DNA of 64,000 bases from Eledone cirrhosa (GCA_964016885.1 OZ024747.1:5022001-5086000); one strand, 5' to 3'. Shown: positions 1-15,132, counted from the first letter of the stretch. Notes: generated by a model not told the origin, from the sequence alone. Program-made: numbers and translations.

Positions 1-93
1 ATTTAGTAACATTATATATATTCATTAAAGCTCCATATCTCTACATCTCTACTTTACTCATTATATACATGCATTATACTTATACCTACGTAC

Positions 94-149
<56 letters not shown>

Positions 150-600
150 CATATGTATATCGATATAAAATTGTATATATATAAATGTATATATATAAAT
201 TTGAATATATATAATATATATAATATATATATATACATATATATAATACCGACTACCTACAATAAACAATACCTATTTCTCTTCCAGCTTCTACCAAATT
301 GTCCCGCATCAAAACTGCTTCCGGCTTGAACATAGAGTTGACTCCATTATATCACCTGTTTGTTATTTATTACCAACTAACAACCAAATTCACAACCAAC
401 ACTCAATTCACAACCAACTAACAACACCCAAAAATTATAAAATACACCAAGAATAAACACACAACAACAAAAATCTAAAGATGAGTGAAATAATAGCGGT
501 AAGAAAGAAATGAAATACGAAAAAGTCAATACAAAAAAAAATTGAGACAGCGAGTAACAATGAGAAAGGAAAGTAAGAGACAGATGACAGAAAGAAAGGC

Positions 601-655
<55 letters not shown>

Positions 656-747
656 AAGAAAAACAAACAAACAATTAAACAAACAAAAGAATGATGTAGG
701 AGTCTAAAAAGAAAAAAAATTAAATTGATTGCAGCAAAAATATGAAG

Positions 748-970
748 GAAGAATTATGGAATAATCTAAAAGGAAGCAGAGAGGAAATAAGGGACAGAAT
801 GACAGAATATATTCTACAGAGAAAAAAAGAGTTATGCAATGATTTAAAAGAGAGGAAATAAGGGACAGGATGACAGAATGTATTCTGCAGAGAAAGGAAG
901 AATTATGGAATAATTTAAAAGAGAGAAAATAAATGACAGGATGACAGATTGTATTCTACAGAGAAAAAAA
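748..970. repeat. Degenerate tandem repeat, about 3 x 70 bp
   Basis: Three copies of GA(A)TTATG.AAT.AT.TAAAAG...GAGGAAATAAGGGACAG.ATGACAGA.T.TATTCT.CAGAGAAA. Confidence 0.7.
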
Positions 971-1204
971 AGAACAGGAACGAAAAACTTCCAAAAATGA
1001 AAAACAGAAAAAAAAAATTTAAAAAAAACTGCAAGGAAAGAAAGAATATTGACCCCTTTTTTTGATTTGTTAGAATATATTTCTGGAAACGATATTGAAA
1101 TTGTTTAAAGGCAACTAGTTGTCTTTATGTTAAGAATACAAAGACATCAAAGATTATAGAGAAGATAAAAAGGTGATGGCATATTGGACATTTTGGATGG
1201 CTAC

Positions 1205-1345
1205 AATTCCGGTTATATAGCTTAATTCCGGTTATTTTAAACCCTATTTCCGGTAACTAAATATATAACTTCCGGGTCATTGAAATCTTATTTCCGATAA
1301 TAGCGAGATATAATTTCCGGCTTACTGAAATATTATTTCCGGTTT
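1205..1345 (-). promoter_or_regulatory. Phased array of seven ETS-like CCGGAA(A/G/T)T motifs (or eroded 22-bp minisatellite)
   Basis: TTCCG(G/A) starts at 1207, 1226, 1248, 1270, 1292, 1315 and 1337 (spacings 19, 22, 22, 22, 23, 22), with divergent spacers. Confidence 0.4.
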
Positions 1346-1416
1346 GTTTACAACTTCTCAAAATATAGACGTATAATAATAAATGAATTTCATTTTGAAC
1401 ATTTCAATGCCACCGG

Positions 1417-2148
<732 letters not shown>

Positions 2149-3447
2149 TGTCGGTTCTGGACATATTTTAAACAAAAGGAAATTTTTCACTGATTGAAAC
2201 TGCTTCTGTTTACCAGCTCTGACAATGCTTTGAAAACGAAATTTTACGAAAACTTATCTTGTTCTTGTTGCATCAACCACATTCACATTGATACTTTATT
2301 CATCAACAAAGACCAAAAATTGAACACCAATTAATATTCTACTAATTTCTGGTAGAATTTCTTCTATTACCTGTTTTTTACAATATCTTTGAACTATTTT
2401 CTTCACCAATATATTTGACATCAGGTTATTGGACTGCCAGAATCTTTAAAGTTTCGGACAAAATAACTTACCATGTTTGTTTCTGTGTTCAAACCCCATC
2501 GAGGCCCAGTTCGTCTTCCATTCACTCAGGGTTGATAAAATATAGTACCAGTCAAGTACTGAGGTCGATTTATTGGACCTTTCCACCCGAAAAATTAATG
2601 CTGGCTTTGTACCAAATTTAAAAACCATTATTATTGTTGTTATTATTATTAGATATTCATTTTCCTTTCGTCATTTAATAGCAGGACTGACATGCGCACT
2701 CACGTACCCACACACGAATATATGCACACTCGCTCAAACTCACATATACAAAGAAGCACTCACACATACACTGGAGACTTCTATAAGTTCGCTTGTCTTC
2801 GCAGAAATAGCAAACAACATTTCACTGTATCGTGTTAAGGAATGGAAGGACAGATTGGTCAATGTAGTACTAGATATTACAAAATAGATGTGATTGTCAC
2901 AGATGGAACGACTTTCAACATATGACTGCTTGTTCAGGGATACCTTGTGGCTAAACAACCATGACCCTTACACACACACACACACACACACATTGGGTAA
3001 TATGAATAATCATCAACATCATGTTGTCGAAACCCTTATCAGAGTCGTTGAGACATTGCAGTGTCGAACGATGCACCAACTGCCGCCATCTCTGGCGGCC
3101 ATTAATGAGTGTTTGAATTATCACCACCTAGACGTCGAATGCTTTTGAAGGAGTTTATTCTGAGGCAAACATCCGGTCATTTCCTCAAATTAGTCTGGAG
3201 GGTTGATGAGAAGTCGAGGACACAGCTCTTGTATCTTTGATTAAGGCAGTAAAATATGATCCTACATACACGATATCTATTAGTATAGTGAGGACAAAAG
3301 CTCATTGTCACATGTGTCATGAAGACTTTATTTATAATCTTTTATTTGCCTTCTGGAAGAAATGTTCTCGGGTTTTATACGCGAAGAAGAAATTGTAATC
3401 AAACATTCGACGTCTGATTTATATATCGCAGCTGAAAGTTCATCAAT

Positions 3448-3506
<59 letters not shown>

Positions 3507-3629
3507 TACATACATACACACACATACGCACACACACACTCACATACATACATGCGAACATACACACACATACACACGCACACAGGCAGATGCACGCACA
3601 TACATATACACACACATACTCACACACTA

Positions 3630-3712
<83 letters not shown>

Positions 3713-3776
3713 CACACACATATATATATATATTCACATATATACACAGACACACATACACAAACACACATACACA

Positions 3777-3815
<39 letters not shown>

Positions 3816-3908
3816 AGTCCTGGCGTAGTGAACTTACTAGTCCACAAAGAGACATCGTAGCTATGTTGTAAGAAAATGTATCTGTTTGTATATGTGCGAG
3901 TGTGTATG

Positions 3909-4003
<95 letters not shown>

Positions 4004-4751
4004 CAGATAGACACATGCTGTCAGCTACATGAGATATGCCTTAACTACTACATCTACTACTTCTAGCATCAAGGAGTCTGCTGTATTCTCTGGAGAAAAC
4101 GACATCAAAGTAGGTCACATTTGAATGACATTTGATTCCAGAAGATCAGAAATTCCATTCCACTTCAATTCTACCAATATAAGTCGGAGCTCCGTCTGTT
4201 CCGACGATTAGTGTTCCAGTACGCTATTGAAATTAACGTACAAGTCGCTGAGTATTCCACAGCAACGAGTACCCTTAGCAGAGTACTTGGGGAGAATCTA
4301 CGTGACAGAGTATGTGACAAGAATGAACCCTTAAAATACAGGTACAACTCACTGTTTTATTTTCCTATCAGTGAACTGGAGCAACGTGAAAGGAAGGACT
4401 CAACACGGTACTGGGAATCGAACTCACCGTCTCACTATTTTCAGCCGAGGACACGCACCACAAAGCTATGCGCCCCCCTTTTCTATCAATGTATGTGTTG
4501 CGAGACAAGCGTTGGAAGTTTCAAATTGATATTAAATGCAACAGACCAAACAACAACCCCTCTTCAAATATAACATATACAGCACTATCTGCCGTCCTTT
4601 TTCTTACTTTTACAAACACAGACATACGTTTCACCGAGACAGAGAGGGGGTGGGGAATATCGTGCATAAATATACGTGTAAATATAGAGATACTCACCTG
4701 ACACATATATATACATACACACATCCAAACAGTCATTTCTACATACACACA

Positions 4752-4865
<114 letters not shown>

Positions 4866-5202
4866 ACGAAAATATATCTCCATTCCGTATAGGTTATGCA
4901 AATTACGGTTGGTTGAGGATGTCTAAATTCTTTTTAAATTATGTCAAACTATTTAAAACTATTCGGAATTCCGAGGCAAGAAGGACAATGTCAAGCCGAT
5001 GGCGCCAATTGATGCAGAAACACACATCAATAGATATCCTTTGTCTTGGAGATAATGAACACGCTGATATTTCTTCATAACATGGAGAATTTATTCCTAA
5101 TTTCTTGAAATAACCTCCCTTCTCATTCAAAGTCGTGAACAATGACCACTATATACATACATACATATATATATACATATATATATATACATATATATAT
5201 AC

Positions 5203-5265
<63 letters not shown>

Positions 5266-5272
5266 TATATAC

Positions 5273-5329
<57 letters not shown>

Positions 5330-5404
5330 CATATATATATACATATATATATACATATATATATACATATATATATATACATATATATATACATATATAT
5401 ATAC

Positions 5405-5752
<348 letters not shown>

Positions 5753-6980
5753 TCATAAATGAAAATATTACAAACTAAATTAATGACTCGTGGAATTTCA
5801 TAGGAAAAAAAATGATTTTCATTTAAAGTTTGGGATAAACTTATTGTACCAGAATGTTGAATATCTTCTAGTGTACATTTGAGACCATCTCAATTGAGAA
5901 CATTAACTGCCATGCTTGAGAGAATCCTTTGTAAATACAATGCTAATAAATGTTTTGTTTTGTTGTTAAATTGAATCAAATACAATTAATATGTTCGGTC
6001 AGTTTCCTCAAATACATGAAAAATTTCTGAAACCGAAAAATACTGCTGACGTTATTTTAATCCCATAACGGCAATGTTTATAATTTCTGAAGCTTCAAAT
6101 GCTACATATTTCACGAAAGAAGCAACAGAATTAAAAGCTTAAATGAACTCTAAATATTCTCCACGTCTGAACAACATTATTGCATGCAAGCAATTATATT
6201 AGCTGGCAGATTTTGCAGAACTGTTAATATTTGTCAATAATTATTTCTTTCGTGTGATATTTTAGACGTTGTATGGTTAAATGTTAAAATAAGAACTATA
6301 TGACATGATGGGAATATAAACATATTTTTATACTTAAATTTGTCATTTTCACACGGGAGAAAATGAATTGACATTAAAACAACTTGTTGAACATGGTAGG
6401 TAGGAAATACTGATCAGGGACATTCGAGTTTAAAGATATTATTTAGAGAGATGCGACTGGGTAGCATTTTCATGCTACAGTTCAATTAAGATGTATTTAC
6501 AAAATGGTTGACGCGATGTTTGATTGCAGCTAATGTTTGAGATTACAAGTTTCGTATCTGCAACGGGAGACAACTTGTTAATGTGAATAATATGAAGTTC
6601 AATTGTATGGATGTTGATTGGATATAGCAATGGCTAATAAAGTCGACTGAATAAATAAAAATGGTACGTAATTGTCTACTAATTTAGTGTCCTTCTGGTT
6701 TTATGTATAACTTTCTTTCTGTGGGTCAGTTGTTTGTAATGTCTGGATTTCAGGATCATCTGTGAGGTTTGTGGTATGTCCATTTTGTCAACTGTTATAT
6801 AAACTTCTTAGTATACAACATATGTGAGATGCAGTGTTTTATAAAATCAAGTTGAAGTTTTGTTGCTTTATTTCATATATACCATGTATAACAGCAAATA
6901 CTTTGTGAAAAACGCATTTCAGTCATTCAGACCACGTAGGAATTTTATTTTAATATTTATCTTTCATTATTTCGTGGTGT

Positions 6981-7197
6981 TAGGGCGGTGGATTGACAGT
7001 ATCGGTAGAGAGTCGGACGCCATGCTTTGCAGCATAGAGTTACTGCCGTTGTAATCTGAGTTCAAATCTCGCCAAGGTTAACTTTGCCTTTCATCCTCAC
7101 GGGGTCAATAAAATAAAGTACCAGTCACGCATTGGGGTCGATTTAATCGACTTCCTCCTCCCCCAAAAATTACTGGCCTGGTGCCTATATAAGAAAC
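6981..7197 (+). mobile_element. tRNA-derived SINE family A, full length, 16-bp TSD
   Basis: Pol III B-box GAGTTCAAATC, then core TTTGCCTTTCATCCT.ACGGGGTC.ATAAAATAAAGTACCAGT. TSD CATTATTTCGTGGTGT at 6965-6980 and 7198-7213. Confidence 0.9.
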
Positions 7198-7505
7198 CAT
7201 TATTTCGTGGTGTCAACACCATTCCATTTTAGTTTCAATAAACGGTCTCAAATCGAGTCACTTTTCAAACAGGTTCAGCTGCAAAAGTTCAAAGCCTCTG
7301 TCAGACTACAGAAGTCCCCGCTTTTATAAGTTTATAAAGGATAGCATTACAACTTCACTTGATAAAACATTGCATTTCTCATAGGATTTATATTATACAC
7401 TTTACACTTTGAAAGTTTTGACCTGAAGAAAGACCAGGCTTCAAAGTTAAAACATGCCACTATATTTCTCTCTATTGTCCCTCTTCTCAGTGTTTTCATG
7501 TTTTC

Positions 7506-7692
7506 GGTAGATTGGCAGTATCGGTAAAGGATCGGACGCCATGCTTTGCAGCAAAGAGTTACGCCCCTTTCCATTCTGAGTTCAAATCCCGCCGAGGTTA
7601 ACTTTGCCTTTCATCCTTACGGAGTCGATAAAATAAAGTACCAGTAATGCACTGGATAATTGCTGGCCTTGTGCCAAAAGTAGAAACAATTA
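7506..7692 (+). mobile_element. SINE family A copy
   Basis: Same head, core and GGCCTTGTGCCAAAAGTAGAAACAATT tail as the 6981 copy. Confidence 0.9.
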
Positions 7693-7796
7693 TCATTACT
7701 ATAAGGAATAAATAAACGATCGGTATTCTTGTTTTCCAATAAGGTTTATATTGGACAGGGAGTTTCTTTATACACAGCTTATAATATTACAATAAT

Positions 7797-7982
7797 TGTT
7801 TCTACTTTTGGCACAAGGCCAGCAATTATCCCAGTGCATTACTAGTACTTTATTTTATCGACTCCGTAAGGATGAAAGGCAAAGTTAACCTCGGCGGTAT
7901 TTGAACTCAGAATGGAAAGGGGCGTAACTCTATGCTTCAAAGCATGGTGTCCGACCCTCTACCGATGCTGCCAATCCACCGC
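7797..7982 (-). mobile_element. SINE family A copy, 19-bp TSD
   Basis: Reverse complement of family A. TSD CTTATAATATTACAATAAT at 7778-7796 and 7983-8001. Confidence 0.9.
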
Positions 7983-9776
7983 CTTATAATATTACAATAA
8001 TGTTTTGTCAACTTTCTCCCTATTTCTATTCGACCTTCACACTATACGACCATTCTGATGAAATTCTAGTAATGAGCAAAACTTCATTTCATATAAAGGC
8101 ATCTATATAATTTATATATGTATATATGAATGATATCTTTCGTTTTAAAACTGGAGTATTTGAGTATATATATATATATCAGTCACCCAACACGAACACA
8201 TCAAACAAAACACTACACACACGCGCAAACGCATGCGCAGAGACGACAAAAAAAAAACAAAACAAATAAATAAATAAATAAATAAACAGACTAAATAAAG
8301 ATGGCGTAAGCATATAATGCAACGGGAGGAAACATAATAACACCACTGACGATGTTGCAGATGTGCAACGAAAGAACTTTGTTAGACTATATATATATGT
8401 GTTTGTGTCTATATTGTATCTGTATTTTTGACCGTTGGTTAGTCAATGGCAATATTGAGGACCGAATAAATTAAATTAACCGATATAAAAGACACAGAAG
8501 CGAAAACCAACCAAACAGTGAGTGTGTTCTGTTATTAATTCTGGCAATATTATTACACATATATATATATATATATGAAAAAGGAAAAGAATGACTTCAC
8601 TTGTAGTTCTAAACAATTTGATTTAATTTTCAAATATACCTAACTGTACCAAGGATTTCACACATGTTCCTATATATATGGAGAGAAGGGGAGAGAGAGT
8701 GTTGGCCTGACAATAAACTGTGATTATAGGTCTGTCCAAACCTGGGGTTAAACAACAACAACAATATGAATTTATAGTCTGGATATGACAATCTGCTATT
8801 GTATGTATGTATGCTCGCATGAATATATGTATATATGAATGCATGTATGCATATATGTATGTACGTATGTGTGTATGTATTTATGTACATATATATGTGT
8901 ATATGAATGTATATGTGTTTATGAATGTATGTGTGTATACATGTATACGTATGTATGCATGTATACGGACGTACGCATGTATACCTATTTATGTATGTAT
9001 ACGTATGTAAGGATAGATAGACGGATAGACAAATTGGTGGACGAATTGGTGGATGGATGTAGACATTTATTTTAAATACTTTAAATTCCTTCAGTAGTGA
9101 AGTATCTATTCTCTAACAAGGAAACTACACGGCAAAAACAATGTAGAGTCCTATATTTACTTAACCGAAAAACAGAAACCCAAAACTTCCTGTACAGCTT
9201 TTATAATGTCCTACTTCCAGTTTAAATTTGCCGAATCCGCATTAAGAGATTTCCTTTCTTTTGTGATTTTTCTAGTCCCCCAACCCTTTGACCGAGAAAT
9301 CCGTATTTTCCACAATATTTACTACTTAAATATTTGATAACTACATAAGCAAGAGCGTTAATAATTCTTATTTACAAATCTAAAACCCTTTCCCGTCTTT
9401 TCTCCCCATCTTTTATAATCTTTTGCAGTGTCTCTTTCTATTTAATTGTACTTTGATTAAATTGCTGTTACGACTTAACCCACGTCTTGGAGAGAATCAA
9501 GGGAGATATCGTTGTTATACAAATCATGTGAATACATAGAGTAGGATTCACCTCTTTTGATACACATTTTTGTTTGACTGTAGAAAACATGTTTATTAAA
9601 TCATCTAAAACATTGACAATATCACAGGCCCGCAGAGAATATCTCAGTGTCCTACATTTTGCTATCTCTGACGTAGAAGCTACTTCATTGTCACATGATA
9701 TGAAGAAAGTCTGAAGGATGGCCGACATAACGCTGTCAACAGTTCATATGAGGTTATATATTATTATTAATACTGT

Positions 9777-9893
9777 CTGAGTTCAAATCCCGCCGAGGTT
9801 AACTTCGCCTTTCATTCTTACGGGGTCGATAAAATAAAGTACCAGTAATGTACTGGGTAATTGGTGGCCTTGTCCCCAAAGTAGAAACAATTA
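9777..9893 (+). mobile_element. 5'-truncated SINE family A
   Basis: B-box, core and tail present, flanked by a repeated AATACTGT. Confidence 0.85.
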
Positions 9894-10067
9894 TCAATAC
9901 TGTATCTTTCGTATAGTATATACATATATATATATATGTGTATATATATATATACGTATATATATAGTTTAGCGAGGTTTTTTATATGAAATCGTGTGTC
10001 GAAACAGATATTGTTCTGTTATTAATTCTGGCAATGTTACGCAAATATGACCCTCCCCAAGTATAAC

Positions 10068-10109
<42 letters not shown>

Positions 10110-10254
10110 ATGTATATATATATATATGTGTGTGTATGTATATATATATATGTATGTATTGGTTTCTAAATGATGATAAACCTATTTATAAAAGCATAGA
10201 GATGATAATAATCTGTATGCAAACATATATTAGCGATTAGTTTTCTCATTTTTA

Positions 10255-10316
<62 letters not shown>

Positions 10317-10699
10317 CACACATATGGGTACGTATAGAAATTTCGAATGTGTTTATATATGTAAATACATTACATTACATGCATTTACATATGCGAATAT
10401 GTGTATATGTTCATAGTCAGTGTTTATATAAATATATATGTCAACATATATATGTCAACATACATATATATATACATAGATATAGGCGTATAAAAATGTG
10501 TGTGTAAGCGGGTCGTTGCGCGCGTGTGTGTGTACATGGGTGTATTCCAAGTGATTCACATGTGACCCTAATCTATGTAATATAATAATATGAAGTATGG
10601 GGTTTAATTTTGACTGTCCCTTAGAGAATTTATAAGTAATGAGATGAAGCTGATAGCTGTGGACTTTTCTAGACTCCAAGACTACTTTCTGTGTGTGTA

Positions 10700-10752
<53 letters not shown>

Positions 10753-10844
10753 GCCGAAAAGAAGTGACATAGTCACTACTTTAAAACTGTTCGCGTATGG
10801 TCTTCTAAATGTTTTTAATTAAACATACGGTATATTGCCAAATA

Positions 10845-10913
<69 letters not shown>

Positions 10914-11550
10914 TTTATAAACTCCCGTATGGTTGAGTAACAATTTAGGCAGTATTCGGCTGCGCTTTCTACCAACAAGCCTACTCGTCGTCAGGCACCA
11001 ATCACAAGCTTTCTAACTTGACCACTGGCCATGTGACAGTTCTTAACCATTTTGAATTCGTTTCTGGCGAGGATCATTTAAGAAAAATCTTTGTCCAATT
11101 GAGTTTGTTTCCTGGTGATTTCGAAACTCGTGAATTTATCCGTGATCGGATATTTCCAAAAAGCGAATGAAACCTCATGGGGTAGAAACATAATTTTGGT
11201 ATGTTTATGTACATTTTTTCTTCTAACTTTGATTTTGTACCTAATTGTGTATGGTTAGCTATATGTCTAATCAATTTCTACGGGCTATTAGAAATACTAG
11301 GTAAATCCTCTGTGGCTGTTGATCGCGGATAAAATAGCTATCATTTATTTATCTATTGTTTCTTCATAGGTACATTTTAAACTTATAGCCTCGTTTAATT
11401 GATTTTTTGTGTGGTTAATTATGGTGATTGGGAGAAGAAATACTGTATATATTTTATCAAATGATTCTATGGACTTACTTTCTTATATATATATATATGC
11501 ATATACAGATATATAGATACATCTATGAGTACATATATATATATATATAT

Positions 11551-11716
<166 letters not shown>

Positions 11717-11754
11717 GTATATATAAATATGTGTGTGTGTGTGTGTGTGTAAGC

Positions 11755-11925
11755 AAAACGTGATCAGAAATGACAAATCAAACAATTAAGACATATACTA
11801 GTTTAACGTTTGATATAGTAGGAAAAGTCATAACGTTTCGGACAAAGTCCTCCATCAGAAGATAAAATGAGAAAGATGAAATAGAAAGATAGAGGGTGAA
11901 AGAAAAAACGCATGTGTATTCAGAT
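11755..11925 (-). mobile_element. Penelope-like terminal-repeat fragment with degenerate hammerhead motif (homologous to 57755-57965)
   Basis: The minus strand reads TATCTT-CTGATGG-A-GGAC-TTT-GTCC-GAA-ACGT-T-ATGAC. Flanks align by eye with the 57.8 kb copy. Confidence 0.55.
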
Positions 11926-12950
11926 TTCGGAGAAAAAATATGTATATACATGTGTGTGTGCAGTAGTAGTAATAGTAAAGTGTTGGAGACACATCTAATA
12001 TCTTTTATAACACATGCAAATGTACAGAACACAAGGATAAGAAATTGGTTCTTACAACATAAATTATACTATTTTGTATAAAGTGATTTGTAGAAATATT
12101 CATGGCTATTTGATTAGTTTGTGTACTATCCAGTTTCAGCTGTGGATAGCTTATCAAAGTTTTATTTTCAAATTCAAAGGTAAGTTTGTGATGGTGTTGT
12201 ATATTTTTACACACACATATATACCTACCTACCTACCTACCTACATACATGATGGCTGCAACCTCTGCCAAGAGTATTGCAATTGCTTGTCAGATTATAG
12301 AGTCCAGCCACACGAAAGTGTAACACATCCTGAACAAGCAATGCCTGTGATTTGAATGTTTTTTTAAGTGGGGAAAGGCCTTGCATTCGACCAATTCCAC
12401 TCTCTGAGCATCGAAAACACTATCCGAAAAGGAGAACTGGTCAACATCATTAGATGCTTCCGAAGCCGTAGGTTTTTTTTTTTTTAGAGTTTCCCTCTCT
12501 TAGAGAAGGAAACATACATATATGATGATGGCTGCCTCCTCGTTATCGAGTATGGCCATTGCAGAATATACCATTATTAATAATTATTAATTAATGATAT
12601 CGTGCAATGCCTGTGCGTGAAGATATTTTTTAAAGTGAGGAAAGACTGTGCACTGAGTCAATCCCACTCTCTGAGAGACAGTAGCTATAACCCGAAAAGA
12701 AGAAAAGATCAACATCAACGGTAACTACTGAGCAGCAGGTTTTATATTGGAGTTATCCCAGTTTCCTGAGTTGCCTTCTCCTAGAAGAATGCCCTGAGAA
12801 AGGCTAGGGGTCCTTCACTCCCAGTGGTTTAACCAGTACAACATACATACATACACACATACATACACACATACCCTCATACATACATACATACATACAT
12901 ACATACATACATACATACATACATACATACATACATACATACATACATAC

Positions 12951-14157
12951 GAACCTCGAAGCGTAGGCCCGAGCAAGTCTATCTGCATGAAACAGATAAG
13001 ATCATGAGAGTTGGGAAGGAACTCCTCGAGAGATATTCCCTGTGTGATAATCAAAAACTCACACCCAGGGATGTCGCTCAGCAGTATCGCAGTGAATCCA
13101 TGGATGAAAAACTGCATGCTTATCAGCAAAAAATCATGCATGGATATGTTGCCAGGAAGCTCCAGAGTGAGAGTAATATAGATAAGGAAAGTAGTCTATC
13201 TTGGACCAACAACCCCTATATTGGCTCCCACTTTGAAGGATACGCTTTTGCAATCCAGGAATAGGAGATTAACACGAAATACCTGATTCACAAAAGAGAT
13301 AGGGATGCAGGCAAAACACCTAGATGTGATAACAAGTGCAGACTCTGCAGAACTAACATCGAGGATATCACCCATGTCATTAGCAGCTGTCCAAAGATGT
13401 CATCGCGGTACTATCTACGAATGAGGCATGATGTAGTGGCCAAAACACTGTACAATGCAGTTCATAAAAAAGATAGCCCGATAATAAACACATTAAAAGC
13501 TACAGCAATGTGCAAGACATCCATGTACATAATATGAAAGAGTACTGGTGGAATGTTCCAGTAAAAGCCCCAATAAAATGCAAGCATAACAGACCAGATA
13601 TTATGATATGGGACAGGGAGAAGAAAGCATGCACAGTAGTGGAATTAGCTGCCCAGCAGATGCCAATATAATATCAAAGATTAGTGAAAAGGAGAACATT
13701 TATGCAGAACTGATGAGAAATCTGCAAATACTCCACCCTGATTACACCTTCAGATTTATGCCTGTGATTATTGGGGCACTGGGATATGTTAGTAACTGCC
13801 TCAATACAAATCTTGAGAAGCTAGGTTTCACAGGAACAGAAAGAACACAACTAGTTAGGAAATTACAAGTACAATCCATTAATGGAACAGTAAAAATATG
13901 TAAAACATTCCAAAAATGTTGCATCTAATAATTGCATATACACATGTACAGATGCAAAGCATATACACTTGCACACATACAACTTAAAAAATACACATCC
14001 ACACATACAATAACATCCATATCTACACATGCATGCATACATACATATCTACCTAGTTGATGTTGTGTAAATTCCAATGAGAGAGTCTTGTGTCTATGTT
14101 AGAAACCGACTCTCTCTCTATTGGTAAAACTTTGTGAAATTATAAAACCAGAAGAAC
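12951..14157 (+). mobile_element. 5'-truncated RLE-type non-LTR retrotransposon (R4/Dong-like), pseudogenised
   Basis: CCHC knuckle CRLCRTNIEDITHVISSC, then RHD, RPDIMIWD...ISCP...KENIY and VIIGALG (restriction-like endonuclease motifs). In-frame TAG at 13262 plus frameshifts; stop at 13926-13928. Flanked by (CATA)n on both sides. Confidence 0.88.
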
Positions 14158-14189
14158 ATACATATATACATACATACATATATATATAC

Positions 14190-14442
14190 ATGGTGGCTGC
14201 CAACTCGTTTTCGAGTACGGCCACTACTTTATATCCATAAAGGAGAACCCCTACCGATGCGCTGAACGAGTGTGACTTTTTAGTCCAGCCAGCAACTTGA
14301 AAACTCTGGTACAAACACTACACTTGTGACAAATATTGACACATAGTGCTGGGCCCATGGTACCCTGTGACGACAAGTGCAGAGAGATCTCCAGATATAA
14401 AGCAATGCCTGTACCGTGAAGCTTTTATAGTGAGCAAAGGCA
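14190..14442 (-). mobile_element. 3' end of an RTE-like LINE (C-terminal zinc-finger-like motif plus 3' UTR)
   Basis: Near-identical to 23744-23993 and 17967-18047; ends ...GAAAACGAGTTGGCAGCCACCAT followed by a TA-rich tail. Confidence 0.7.
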
Positions 14443-15065
14443 CTGCACAAAGCCAGTCCCACTCTCTTAACCAAGATGATATTTACCAAAAAGAAGAACA
14501 AGTCAACATCATTGGATACCATCAGAGTTGCAGGTGTTATATCAGAGTTTTCCTTCTCCTAGAATTCTGCCTTGACAAAGGCTAAAGGGTCATCTCTCCC
14601 GGTGATTTTGGATGGCCATTGACTCTTAAGAGCTCCTTTGCCCTTTGACAGGTCTTATTTTTAGTCCTGCAGGATGTCCAAAGTCACCCTCCTCACCAAG
14701 AAACCTTGGTGGGGTTGCCAGTTTAGTCGCCAACGACCCGACCATGGGTCAGGTTGTACTGGGATACATGTTACCAGTAGCACCAACTGGTGACCTGACA
14801 TATATATACATACATACATACATACATACATACGTACATACAGTTCCCCTATTCACTGTCTATCTGTGGGTGTCTGTTAATATACACCAATACCAGCTAC
14901 CAGCACCAATGTACTTGTCATATTCCAGTGATTATGGAACATTTCAACTACATATATCAACATAATTACACTATATTATCCTGCAGCTAGAAAACTAGAA
15001 AAACAAACACAAAAAAACAATATGGAGGAACAATGAGTCATTACCAATTGGGTTCTAACAACTAT

Positions 15066-15068
15066 GTG

Positions 15069-15132
<64 letters not shown>

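Noticed and set aside
1205-1345. Repeat-spacer pattern as a mini-CRISPR
   Set aside because: The constant part is only 6-8 bp with a 22-bp period, which fits a binding-site array or decayed minisatellite.
5800-6800. Possible highly decayed LINE RT on the minus strand
   Set aside because: Only faint motif resemblances with many stops; cannot be supported without a profile search.
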